The position numbers and the translations under genes were made by a program. From contig OY729426.1 in NCBI GenBank assembly GCA_963422365.1, positions 1,376,001-1,440,000 on the forward strand: a stretch of DNA of 64,000 bases. Reading direction: 5' to 3'. Shown piece after piece: positions 1 to 9,764 of this stretch. The notes under the pieces are model-generated. The model did not search any database and had not been told where the DNA came from. It saw nothing but the letters and a program-made list of their open reading frames with translations. The DNA is from Nitrospirales bacterium (GTDB taxonomy: Bacteria; Nitrospirota; Nitrospiria; Nitrospirales; UBA8639). The stretch's first letter is position 1; each line of letters opens with the position of its first letter.

Positions 1-428
1 CGGTGTTCCGGGTCCAGCCATGGCGCAAGCCGTTCAGCCGGCCCCAGTGCGTAGGATTCGGGATGGGCCGCCATATCGGCTAATCGCGTGGAAGCCAGGC
101 GAAAAAATTCCGAGGTATCCGTCACGAGCGTATTGTCGACCATCGACTGCCCAAGTGTATCCAGAGTTTGCACCAAGGTGGTGTCGCCTTGGTGTCGGAG
201 AATAAAGCCGCCGGTGGGTTCCAGGTCTCCGGGAGGTACAATGGTGACGGGCACGTCTTCAAGAACCGCGGTCCCTGGAGGGACCTCCATGGAATACAGG
301 TGAAGGGCTCCGGCTGTCCCGATTTTTTGGGTGGCGCGGGATTCAATCAATGTGTCGAGCGCACCCGTGGCGTCTTTGTCGTTCGCCAATTGGGTGGCGA
401 ACGAGAGGAGAAGGTCAAGCAGTTTCAT
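1..428 (-). CDS. Hypothetical protein, 5' part only (runs off the window)
   Basis: Absent from the ORF track. The ATG at 428 overlaps the stop of the upstream gene (ATGA), and the frame stays open to base 1 (MKLLDLLLSFATQLANDKDATG...LEDVPVTIVPPGDLEPTGGF...). Confidence 0.7.
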   Translation of the reverse strand, partial: MKLLDLLLSFATQLANDKDATGALDTLIESRATQKIGTAGALHLYSMEVPPGTAVLEDVPVTIVPPGDLEPTGGFILRHQGDTTLVQTLDTLGQSMVDNTLVTDTSEFFRLASTRLADMAAHPESYALGPAERLAPWLDPEH

Positions 429-922
429 GGCTGGCGGCCTGGACCGAGTGCCTGCTGAATACAAATGGCCACGCAGCCCAGTCCACCGGTGATTGGGCGT
501 CGGTCATATGCGCATCCTCGATGAGCAGAGCAAGCAGCGACAAAAGGAACGTGTTGCGCGAAATCGATGTCGGCGAGTACCTGGGCCTGCAGGTGGCCAT
601 CTTCCAGCACCGACAAAACAAGGATACGGGTATGGCGGTCATCTTCCAAAATGGCGGATTTCGGGGAAGGCGCGACCCTGGCGCGAGCCGCTTGGATATG
701 CGGTAACTCCACGATCTCTTTGACCAAGGGCTTCGGAGGATGAATCGCCCGTTGACTGAGCCTGACGTTTAAAGATGTCCGATCAAGGACGTCCCGAGCA
801 GGCGCATCTGTCTGCGCCCAGACAACATCCCGAGCATGTTGAGCGACAAATGCATGGGGCACGACCATGGCGAAGGCAAGACAGCCCACGCTCAGACACC
901 ACATAACCTTGTGACGCAGCAT
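425..922 (-). CDS. Hypothetical exported protein
   Basis: 165-aa ORF with a hydrophobic N-terminus and a Cys-containing C-terminus; coupled to the next gene by ATGA. Confidence 0.6.
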   Translation of the reverse strand: MLRHKVMWCLSVGCLAFAMVVPHAFVAQHARDVVWAQTDAPARDVLDRTSLNVRLSQRAIHPPKPLVKEIVELPHIQAARARVAPSPKSAILEDDRHTRILVLSVLEDGHLQAQVLADIDFAQHVPFVAACSAHRGCAYDRRPITGGLGCVAICIQQALGPGRQP

Positions 923-975
923 AAAGGCATTGTAGTGGACGATTGCAGGACGTGTCTAGCAGGAGAGAGACTTAC

Positions 976-1048
976 TGTCATTCGGAGCCTTTTTTTTGTT
1001 ATCCTTCGCGTTGCTCAGGGTAACAAAAAAATAAGAGGCAGGATGACC
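976..1048. repeat. Long palindrome of the GTCAT...ATGAC dispersed repeat family
   Basis: tgtcattc...tttttttgttatcct-loop-agggtaacaaaaaaa...aggatgac forms an extended hairpin. Confidence 0.6.
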
Positions 1049-1083
1049 ACTGTGGCCTGTTGCGCCGGTGCTTCGGTTTCAAA

Positions 1084-1112
1084 TTGATATTTCCCTGACC
1101 GGACCTTATAAT
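1084..1112 (+). promoter_or_regulatory. Sigma70-type promoter of the rplI-glyA operon
   Basis: TTGATA-17 bp-TATAAT about 40 bp upstream of the rplI ATG. Confidence 0.65.
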
Positions 1113-1154
1113 ACCACACCTTCGATAGAGAATAAAAAGGGAGGCGTAGCAAAG

Positions 1155-1682
1155 ATGAAGGTGATTCTTCAAGAGAATATCGACAGTTTAGGGTATATGG
1201 GCGACATGCTCGACGTCGCCGATGGGTATGCGCGGAATTTCTTGCTCCCCCGCCAAAAAGCCTTAGAGGCAAACCCCCGTAACGTGAAGGCGTTGGAACA
1301 TGCCAAACGAGTGACGGCTCATAAGGCCAAGAAGGTCGAAGATGACCTCCAGGGACTAGCGGCGAAACTGTCCGCCGTCTTGCTCACCTTTCCGGTCCAG
1401 ACCGGCAAGGATGATAAGCTGTTTGGATCCGTCACCGCGAAGGATCTTGAAGCCGGGCTGCTGGCTGAAGGATTCGATGTGGACCGCCGAAAAATTCAAT
1501 TAGCGCATCCTCTGAAAGAGCTAGGCACGTTTGCCGTCGGCATCAAGTTGCATCGAGACATTATCGCGAATATGTCCGTGTGCCTCGTCAACCAGGGTGG
1601 AGCGGCCCAGGTTGATGAAGCCGGGGATGAGACCGACGACGCCGTTTCTCCAAAAGAGGCCCAGGAATCGCAGGACGAGTGA
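1155..1682 (+). CDS. rplI: 50S ribosomal protein L9
   Basis: MKVILQENI...VADGYARNFLLPR and KLFGSVT motifs; GGAGG SD before ATG 1155; acidic C-terminal tail. Confidence 0.97.
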   Translation: MKVILQENIDSLGYMGDMLDVADGYARNFLLPRQKALEANPRNVKALEHAKRVTAHKAKKVEDDLQGLAAKLSAVLLTFPVQTGKDDKLFGSVTAKDLEAGLLAEGFDVDRRKIQLAHPLKELGTFAVGIKLHRDIIANMSVCLVNQGGAAQVDEAGDETDDAVSPKEAQESQDE

Positions 1683-2944
1683 TGGGCGACATTGTCGGTA
1701 CCCTGAAAGCGGTTCAACAAGAGGATCCTGAGGTCTATGCGGCTTTTCGCGCCGAAGAAAAACGGCAGCGTGAGAAGTTGGTCTTAATCGCTTCGGAAAA
1801 TTATGCGAGTCCCGCCGTTCTGGCTGCGCAGGGGTCGCTGCTGACCAATAAGTATGCGGAAGGCTATCCACGGCGGCGCTATTATGGGGGCTGTCAGCAT
1901 GTGGATACGGTCGAAGAGTTGGCGATGGCCCGGGCCAAGCAGTTGTTTGGTTGTGAGCACGTCAATGTGCAGCCGCATTCAGGTTCCACCGCCAATATGG
2001 CGGCGTACCTTGCGGTCTTGAAACCCGGCGATACCATCCTGGGTATGGATCTCTCGCAGGGCGGCCATTTAACCCACGGCAGCAAGGTCAATTTTTCGGG
2101 AAAGCTGTTTCACGCCTTCTCCTACGGGGTCGATCCCGAAACCGAGTTGATTGATTACGACGCGGTTCAGCAAAAGGCAGAAGAAGTTCGCCCACGCATG
2201 CTCGTGGTCGGGGCGAGTGCCTATTCAAAAATTTTCGACTTCCCGCGGTTTCAGCAAATTGCGAAATCCGTGGGGGCCTATCTATTGGCTGATATCGCAC
2301 ACATCTCTGGTTTCGTGGCGACGGGGCTTCACCCAAGTCCGGTTCCCTATGCCGACTTTGTTACCACCACCACGCATAAAACCTTGCGCGGGCCTCGTGC
2401 CGGCATGGTGATGTGTAAAGAGGAACATGCGAAAGCCGTGGATAAAATCATTTTTCCCGGACTGCAGGGAGGTCCGCTCATGCATGTGATTGCGGCCAAG
2501 GCCGTGGCGTTCAAAGAAGCCTTGGCCCCAAGCTTTACCGTCTATCAACAACGAATCTTGGCCAATGCCATGGCCTTGGCGGACGGGTTCAAAGCACGGG
2601 GCTATCATGTGGTGTCCGGTGGAACGGAGACTCATCTCTTCCTGCTGAATCTTAATTCTAAAAGGGTGACGGGCAGAGAGGCCGAGGCGGCGCTCGATGC
2701 CTCGGGGATCATCGTCAATAAAAATGCCGTGCCGTATGACGAGCGACCGCCGGCTGTGGCGAGTGGCATTCGAATCGGCACGCCCATTGTGTCGACGCGG
2801 GGGATGGAGTTGCCGGAGATGTCACAAATTGTGGCGTGGATGGATGAGGTGTTGCGCCATCCCGCGACCAAACGAGTTCAGAACCGCATTCGCAAGGAAG
2901 TCAAGGCCCTGTGTGCTCGCTTTCCGGTATTTTCGGCTTTGTAA
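1682..2944 (+). CDS. glyA: Serine hydroxymethyltransferase
   Basis: LIASENY, NKYAEGYP, GGHLTHG and the PLP-lysine motif TTTHKTLRGPR. Confidence 0.98.
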   Translation: MGDIVGTLKAVQQEDPEVYAAFRAEEKRQREKLVLIASENYASPAVLAAQGSLLTNKYAEGYPRRRYYGGCQHVDTVEELAMARAKQLFGCEHVNVQPHSGSTANMAAYLAVLKPGDTILGMDLSQGGHLTHGSKVNFSGKLFHAFSYGVDPETELIDYDAVQQKAEEVRPRMLVVGASAYSKIFDFPRFQQIAKSVGAYLLADIAHISGFVATGLHPSPVPYADFVTTTTHKTLRGPRAGMVMCKEEHAKAVDKIIFPGLQGGPLMHVIAAKAVAFKEALAPSFTVYQQRILANAMALADGFKARGYHVVSGGTETHLFLLNLNSKRVTGREAEAALDASGIIVNKNAVPYDERPPAVASGIRIGTPIVSTRGMELPEMSQIVAWMDEVLRHPATKRVQNRIRKEVKALCARFPVFSAL

Positions 2945-3068
2945 CCTGCTGCCTGATTCTTTCACTTCACCGACCAATGTGGAACCCGTTACTCACCAGT
3001 CTTCCGGACGGTGAGACGGCACTTCTTTCTTTGAGGAAGATCCCGAAGTTTCGAAATGCCGGTCCGTC

Positions 3069-3533
3069 ATGAAATGTCCGTTTTGTAATCAACTCGATGA
3101 TAGAGTGATTGATTCTCGCATGACCCGAGAAGGCGAAATCATCCGTCGTCGTCGAGAATGTTTCGGCTGTCGTCGCCGGTATACGACCTATGAACGGATT
3201 GAAGAAAATCTGCCCACGATTGTCAAAAAAGACAACCGGCGAGAAATGTTCAACCGTGCCAAAGTCATGGCCGGATTAAAAAAGGCATGTGAAAAACGGT
3301 CGATCAGCAGTGCCGCACTTGAAACCTCGGTGGACCGGATTGAAAAACGCCTGCAAGATTTGGGCGAATCGGAGATCCTGACCAGGGTGATCGGAGAGGA
3401 AGTCATGCGGGAGCTCCACGCGTTAGACCAGGTCGCCTACGTCCGTTTCGCCTCCGTGTACCGCGAATTTAAAGATATTGATCAATTTATGGAAACGATT
3501 AAGTCCCTTGCGCAGGATCGGGGAAACCCCTGA
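3069..3533 (+). CDS. nrdR: Transcriptional repressor NrdR
   Basis: MKCPFC zinc ribbon, IRRRREC, ATP cone, VAYVRFASVY. Confidence 0.97.
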   Translation: MKCPFCNQLDDRVIDSRMTREGEIIRRRRECFGCRRRYTTYERIEENLPTIVKKDNRREMFNRAKVMAGLKKACEKRSISSAALETSVDRIEKRLQDLGESEILTRVIGEEVMRELHALDQVAYVRFASVYREFKDIDQFMETIKSLAQDRGNP

Positions 3534-3539
3534 TGCGCA

Positions 3540-4724
3540 ATGACGCCACCGTGGTGCGCGCCCATGCCCTCCTCTAACCGTTCGGTCAAACGGGCCGGAT
3601 CTCCACGGGCCTCGACCTCCGTTCCCAAACGGAAGCCCACACCGACGCGCCGACGCGCGGCGCATGCCACACGTGTGGCAATCTTAGGAGGTGGACGCGG
3701 GGGGCGGGCGCTGCTAGAGATTTTTGCGCAAGATCCGTTGGCCCGTATTGTTGGATTAGGAGAGGCCAAACCGCGAACGCTCGGCACCAAGTTTGCCCAA
3801 CAGTTGGGGGTTCCGGTCATGCAGGACTATCGGGAAATTTTGAAAATGAAGGAGGTGGACCTGATCATTGACGTGACCGGCAGTCCTGACGTCGAGCGGG
3901 CGCTGCACAAAATTCGAAAGCCGAGTGCGGCGATCATCGGAGGCGCAAGCGCTAAGTTTATGTGGCAGTTGATCGAGGCGCGGATTCGGGCGACGACGGA
4001 AATCGAAAGAACCCTGAGTCGCTACCAATCCTTGTTCCGGCGGTATGTGAAAGAGGAGGCCGAGAGCGCGGTGGATGAAGAGCGGACGCGCATCGCCTGT
4101 GAAATCCACGATGGGTTGGTGCAAACGCTGGTGGGTGTGAATTTTAAGATGGAACGCTGCGGGAATCTGATTCAGACGGAACCGACCAAGTGCTTTGCCT
4201 TGTTGAGTGAGACAAAACACCAGCTAAAACAAGGCATTCAGGAAGCACGACAAGTGGTGTTCAACTTGCGACCCGGTCAATATGAGCAGTTGGATCTGCG
4301 GGCGGCGCTGACAAATTATCTCGATGCGTATAAAAAACAAAATCATGTTCAGGTTGCCTTCTCCCATACGGGGAGCGATGCCCGCTTGCCGCCCAAGACG
4401 AAAGTCTTTGTTTTCCGAATCATTCAAGAAGCCCTGCAAAACTCATCCAAGCATGCCAAGGCGTCGAAGGTCTTCGTGCAATTAAGCATTCAACCGCATC
4501 ACCTCTCCGCCGTCATTCGCGATAATGGGAGCGGGTTCGATGTGCAGGCGGTGTTTCAGAATCCAGAAAAGTGGGATCACTTTGGATTGCGCGGGATGAA
4601 CGAGCGGGTCAAATTGCTCAGTGGCGAAGTCTCGTTGGAGTCCCGCAAAGGCGAGGGGACGACGGTCACGGTCTCGATTCCGTTGGCCAGAAAGGATAGC
4701 ACACGAAATGGCAAAAAAAATTAA
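3540..4724 (+). CDS. Soluble HisKA_3-type sensor histidine kinase with an N-terminal Rossmann-like domain
   Basis: ERTRIACEIHDG H-box, IIQEALQN, DNGSGF and HFGLRGMNER boxes; N-terminal VAILGGGRGG...DLIIDVTG; no TM segment. Start uncertain (3540 or 3564). Confidence 0.9.
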   Translation: MTPPWCAPMPSSNRSVKRAGSPRASTSVPKRKPTPTRRRAAHATRVAILGGGRGGRALLEIFAQDPLARIVGLGEAKPRTLGTKFAQQLGVPVMQDYREILKMKEVDLIIDVTGSPDVERALHKIRKPSAAIIGGASAKFMWQLIEARIRATTEIERTLSRYQSLFRRYVKEEAESAVDEERTRIACEIHDGLVQTLVGVNFKMERCGNLIQTEPTKCFALLSETKHQLKQGIQEARQVVFNLRPGQYEQLDLRAALTNYLDAYKKQNHVQVAFSHTGSDARLPPKTKVFVFRIIQEALQNSSKHAKASKVFVQLSIQPHHLSAVIRDNGSGFDVQAVFQNPEKWDHFGLRGMNERVKLLSGEVSLESRKGEGTTVTVSIPLARKDSTRNGKKN

Positions 4725-5382
4725 GGTGCTGATTACGGATGACCATCGTGTTGTGCGGGAGGGATTGTCCGCTATCCTTGAGACCAAAGAAGAAATCCAA
4801 ATTGTCGGAGAAGCCAAGGATGGCGGTGAAGCCGTCGAAAAAGCCAGACAATTACTGCCCGACGTGATCGTCATGGATGTGAGTATGCCGGGAATGACAG
4901 GGGTGGAAGCCACGCGGATCATTAAACGAGAACTGCCGCATATCGGGATTATTGCCCTGACGATGTATGAGGATCATCAATATATTTTCGACTTGGTCCG
5001 GGCTGGTGCCACGGGCTATCTCCTCAAAGACTCGGATTCCACGGAAATCGTCGCGGCCATTCGTGCCATTTCCCGTGGTGAATCGCTGATCCATCCTTCG
5101 GTGGCGAGCAAGATTTTAGCCGAGTTTTCATTGTTGGCTGAAGGCAAAAGCAAAAAAAAGTCCTTACTGGAACACGATCTCACGGAGCGCGAAATTACGG
5201 TCCTGCGATTGGTGGCGGATGGGAAGACCAACAAAGAAATTGCCAATGTGTTGGATCTCAGCGAGAAAACCGTGAAAAATCACGTTCGGAACATCTTCCA
5301 CAAGCTCCACGTCTATGATCGAACGCAAGCCGCGATTTTAGCGATCAGGAAAGGGATTATCGAACTCGAGCCGCATCCCTAA
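4708..5382 (+). CDS. NarL/LuxR-family response regulator
   Basis: REC domain (DDH, PDVIVMD, GYLLKD) plus LuxR HTH (LTEREITVL...TVKNHVRNI). Confidence 0.95.
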   Translation: MAKKIKVLITDDHRVVREGLSAILETKEEIQIVGEAKDGGEAVEKARQLLPDVIVMDVSMPGMTGVEATRIIKRELPHIGIIALTMYEDHQYIFDLVRAGATGYLLKDSDSTEIVAAIRAISRGESLIHPSVASKILAEFSLLAEGKSKKKSLLEHDLTEREITVLRLVADGKTNKEIANVLDLSEKTVKNHVRNIFHKLHVYDRTQAAILAIRKGIIELEPHP

Positions 5383-5472
5383 CCCTCCCTCCCGCTGAGA
5401 TGTTCGCACAGATCGGATCGAGCGCATGCAGAATGCGTCATCGGATACGGCATTTTTGGGATGATGCACCCT

Positions 5473-5902
5473 TCAGGTCGAGCGCGACTCCACGATAAGC
5501 TCACGACCGATCACCCGTAGGGCTTTGCGAATGTGGCTTGTCGCGGTGGTGCCGTGGTGCGGATCAATCATGCGGCGGATGACTTTCTCGTTAACACCGA
5601 AACGCTGAGCCAAGGCCACGCGAGACAACCCGCTCTTACGGAATGCGAGGACAAGCGCGGCGTTGGCCGCGATATTTGTGGGACGGCAATCAAATGCTCT
5701 CCAGCGTACAGGGGACTTGGTGTCGGAATTTCCTCACCATCGTCGATGTACCCCGAGGTCGCTTCTTCCAAGGTAGTAGTGGCTGCAGCCGGCGCTTCGG
5801 TGTTGTTGGAGCCGGATGTGAGACATTCGGCAGGTCGCGGAACAAAACAATGATCTCTCCTGGGCTATCTGGCTGAAACTGTGCAGGATACAGAAAACGC
5901 AT
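5473..5902 (-). pseudogene. hicB: HicB-family antitoxin with C-terminal HTH, two frameshifts
   Basis: Joined frames: MRFLYPAQFQPDSPGEIIVLFRDLP / ECLTSG...LEEATSGYIDDGEEIPTPSP...LIAVP / IAANAALVLAFRKSGLSRVALAQRFGVNEKVIRRMIDP... Confidence 0.8.
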
Positions 5903-5918
5903 ACTCGTCTCTCGGTAA

Positions 5919-7069
5919 TCATTGCGTAGCGTTAACAGATTTACGCAAGGCGTTAAATTGCATCGTTTCTCAAGCCTGATAGTTTTCAGGTGCTCGCCAA
6001 AATTCTTGCCATGCGGAGTTGAGAAGACTGACGACCGGGGTCAGTGTATCCGACTTTGTTGTTCCCACACCAGTCTCTTCGATACCTTCCTTCGCCGCCG
6101 AGACGATTTTAGATGACAGGGGCTTAGGGTAAGCCTGCTGGTATGCAGGCGCTGGGTCGTAGCCCATAATCTCAATAAATCCCGCCAAGCCTTCTTGATC
6201 AGCTTCATTTCCGCATCGAAGCCGGTCGCTGCCAGCATCATTAGCGCCGTGCACATCCGTGCATCATCAGCCGGATGCGTTGACTCAAATATCAGCGGCG
6301 TCTCAAAGGGATCGCCGCCACGTTTGATGCAAAGGTGATAGTGCGACCAAGCAAACGCTGGCCCCGCCATTAGTACGCCGAACAAGTCACAGAAAAACTC
6401 TTGCATCCAGAAGTTTGCCCAAAAGGTGCTCCATAGCCGAAGCTGGTAGGACTTACCCTCCGGCTTGCGCACGCGTTCGGCGGCTGTGATTTCATTGCGG
6501 AAATGCCTTATTATCTCGAACTGGCTTTGCTTGGAGGCGGCATGATACGATTCAAGTGCTGGAAGATCGGGTTCCTGCCCCCGATGAAATAAATGGCAGA
6601 ACTCGTGATAAATATCGGGCAAGTGCAGGAGAAATCGACTCTCAATCAACGGGACGCAAAGCAAATGGAATTCGACATAGGTATGAAAATAGTCCTGGGA
6701 CATATGACTGATAGTCGGAGAGATCAAAGGATAGGCGATCTCACGACCGACATCTGTAACAAGCCGGTTGAGGAAATCATCATTCTGGCCTGTTCTGCTG
6801 AGGGCAAATACGCCGACGCCTTCAACAGCCTTGAGTTGTCTCACTCTACGTTTGAATTTCCTCACACGCCGAGGCGTCTGTAACGCCGTATCGACAACGG
6901 TCTCTTTGGCCAAGCGTCGGAGAGTAGCCTGCGTTTCGTCGAGTTGGGTCAAGCAAATTCGTCGCAAGCCGTCATACTCACGCGGAGACCGTCTCTGTAC
7001 GATCTGGCGTAACTGCCGCTCCCGCTCCAGTGATTGGCCAATCGATCCAATCAAGTACTTCTCGATCAT
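5919..7069 (-). pseudogene. HExxH (zincin-like) metallopeptidase-like protein; frameshift near 6177 and probable premature TGA at 5970-5972
   Basis: YHEFCH...WMQEFFCD...STHP motif order; ATG 7069 overlaps the upstream stop (TAATG); the C-terminus continues in ORF 5970..6254. Confidence 0.65.
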
Positions 7070-7433
7070 TAACGCCCCCGTAGTTGCCTGGCTACCTCCA
7101 CTCGTTCCTGTTCCAATCCTTGGGCGAGTTTCTCCAACTATCTTAGGTAGCCTGATCCACGTCCCCGTTCTGAAGTCGTTCGCCAAGTTGTTTCCAGTTT
7201 GCTAAAGGCTCACCCGTACTCGTCCTAGGCAGACTGTCAAGTGTCAAGGCTTCGATGGACTGAGACTCTAGACTTTGATCACTCGCGTCAATGAAGAGTT
7301 GTGCCAGCTTCTTCTGATCTGGATCGGTTGGATCGAACTGCCCTTGTCCTAGCCGTTCAATTACTCTGTCTATCAGGGCACCGTATGCCTCGACATTAGC
7401 GTAAACGCCTGTGAGGAAACTCAAATCGCTCAT
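7069..7433 (-). pseudogene. Small predicted alpha-helical protein (~120 aa) with a frameshift and stop near 7140
   Basis: GGAGG SD before ATG 7433; MSDLSFLTGVYANVEAYGALIDRVIERL...; the shifted frame continues LEKLAQGLEQERVEVARQLRGR* to 7069. Confidence 0.6.
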
Positions 7434-8350
7434 ATTGTATACCCTCCTGAGGTTTGTCGTTGGTTTTCAATTCAATTACATCTTGATCGTATTCAGCAGC
7501 TTCGTCGAATAGGTTGCGGTCACAAAGTTTGATCGAAATCGGCAGACGCCAGTATATAAAGGGGTATCGAGGAGGAACGGCCATTTCCCATTGGTGAGCA
7601 GTACCTTGTTGAGCGCGACATTGCGTAAGCAACCAGAGAGGCGTTTGCGCTCTTCGGGCTTTACGACGTAATTAATATATCCCGCCTTCACGCGTCACGC
7701 TAGTGTAAGCTTTCCTCGACACCTCCGTGTGAATGACGGCTGCATTGAGATCGAACCGAAGAGTAAACTCCTTCACCGTCCAAGCCGCCAATTGATCTGC
7801 TGATCTCGGACGGCGATCATCGCGATGCACCATTACGAGTGCGTAGCCTGGCCTGATGTTGGCACCCTTTACAGCTTCTCTAATCGCACGGGCCAGACCA
7901 GCGAAATCACGTCTGACGTTGAGCTCGTCATAGACAATAATTTCAGGATCGTAACCCCTGCCATTGGGATAAAGGTCATCTACCTGCTTCTTGAAATTCT
8001 TGAGAAACTGCGAGTCATAGCTGTTCTCGACACTCTTGGGCAGCACGAGATATTGTCGATCAAGGAGACTCTGCTCAAAGAAACCCGCGTCTTCATCTTT
8101 CAAGAGCGTCAGCCTGCTTTGTCCATAACGGTTAATCGCAACGGGCATATTATGCCCGTTCGTTTCAAGCGACAAAGTCGCATCGTTGCCAAAACGTAAT
8201 TTAGGCGGCGAGAACGGTTTCGTTCTTGTACGCCCTGCCCGGTCCGAAACCGAGAGAGTACCATTTCTGACCGGCACCTGACTCAGAAACATTCTGACGA
8301 GTTGGTTGATCTGCCGGTGCCGATTATGAGGCTTGATAACGAAGTTTATC
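7396..8350 (-). pseudogene. Long prokaryotic Argonaute remnant (L2-MID plus extreme PIWI C-terminus)
   Basis: FSPPKLRFGN (L2-like PxLxFG), a MID-like region ending LRNVALNKVLLTNGKWPFLLDTPL, then directly RLPISIKLCDR (PIWI terminal xLPxxIxxxD-like). Frameshift near 7672; no N or PAZ region. Confidence 0.65.
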
Positions 8351-8444
8351 TAAGAGATGGCGTGATAAGGAAAAGTCGGTTAAGCAAGATAAACCAGTCT
8401 CCTTTTCTGCCTTGGGCTCCCCCCCCTTCTGAATCAGGAGGGCC

Positions 8445-9692
8445 TCAGGCGGCCGTCTGCTCGTAGTTGTTCATGAGTGTTTCTTCCCAATCGTAGTGGC
8501 CTAGCCGGTGGGTCCGGAGTAGAGACTGAGCGTTTCGTCCAAATGCTCGCACACCAGCACCCGACACGTGACTAAGCTAGATCAGAAGGGCTGCGGCTCA
8601 ATCTGGAGTCGCAGCCCGTAGCTGACCGTGGTGTCCGCCGTGACCACGCGGGCTGCCTGTCGAGAAACAATCTTCTCCACGTCCGCCCCATGCAGCGGCA
8701 CGAAGGCCATACCTGCTTGCTGGGGGGACCGTGAACTGCCGATTGTGAAAAGGGATCCACTCCTCCCGCAAAAAGCGGTTGGCCTCTGCCCCCGTGCGAA
8801 TCCCTCGTAGCTGCAGCTCTTGGGGCAGCCGCCCCTGCCACGTGCCAAACAGCCGTTCGCCATGGCCCCGCGACTAGGGCGAGTGGGCCACGAGCAACTC
8901 GACGCCCAACGGGTCTAAGGCTGGGCCCACCTAGGTCCGCTGCGCCCGCTCCGGCGGCCCAGCCGCCTGGGGCGTGAAGACAAAGTGGCTGGCTCGATCC
9001 GTATAAAGCGTACAAAACACCTCCTGGTGCTCCACCACGGCTTTGAGGGCAGCCATCACTGTCGCCGGTGCTCTCCTCGGCCACCAACGGGGCGTAGCAG
9101 CCATCGTTGTCTGCGTCGTTCAGAACCACCAGCAAGTCCTGAGTCCTCCGTCCGGGCAGCCAGGCGTACTTGCTGGCGTCCAGATGGAGCAACATTCCCT
9201 TGAGCGGCCGCCCTCGGCCACCAAGCCTGCGGCTTGCAGTGCCTGCTTCACCCAACTCTAGTTTAACTCAATCCCTTCCTCCCTCTGCAGCTTCTCCACG
9301 AAATGGATCATGTTGAAGACCTTGTATTTGTCCCGGTACAACCCCAGCACCTGCTCCACCGTCGCCCAGGGCACCCGCTTCGGCGAGGATCTTCTTACAC
9401 GCCGATCACCCCCCCTCCAGTCGTAGCCGTGCTCCTCATAGCGACGCACCCACCGCCACATCGTCCCGGGGACTCACCCCGATGATCTCCGCCGCTTGTG
9501 CCCACGTGAGCGGCTTACGGATCACTCGCAACATCACTTCCTGTACTTTCATGGCCAGCTCCATAATGCGGGGCGGATAGAGTGTCATCCCAACCTCCTT
9601 TCTGATTGGGCAAAACGCCTCTCCTACTCCCGTGCCGCTGGACCGGATACTTCACTTGCTACAACCACCGGACACATCACATCCTACTGATA
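8445..9692 (-). mobile_element. Degraded ISNCY/IS1202-like insertion sequence (DDE transposase pseudogene 8445-9588)
   Basis: Fragments MKVQEVMLR..LTWAQAAEIIGVSPR, WVRRYEEHGYD, GMLLHLDAS, LYTDRASHF, LVCEHLDETL with many frameshifts; two subterminal CCGGAYAxxTCACxTxCTAC repeats at 9643 and 9668. Confidence 0.8.
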
Positions 9693-9708
9693 AAACCCAT
9701 ACACTCGG

Positions 9709-9737
9709 TTGCGAGCCTTTCCGGTTAGTGCTACCAT
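9709..9737 (+). promoter_or_regulatory. Possible sigma70 promoter
   Basis: TTGCGA-17 bp-TACCAT with an extended -10 TG, upstream of the thioredoxin-like gene. Confidence 0.4.
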
Positions 9738-9764
9738 TTATTTCAGCAAAAGGAGAGCGTGGGT

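Noticed and set aside
1068..1154. N-terminal extension of L9 given by the ORF track
   Set aside because: This stretch contains the promoter and SD; the real start is ATG 1155.
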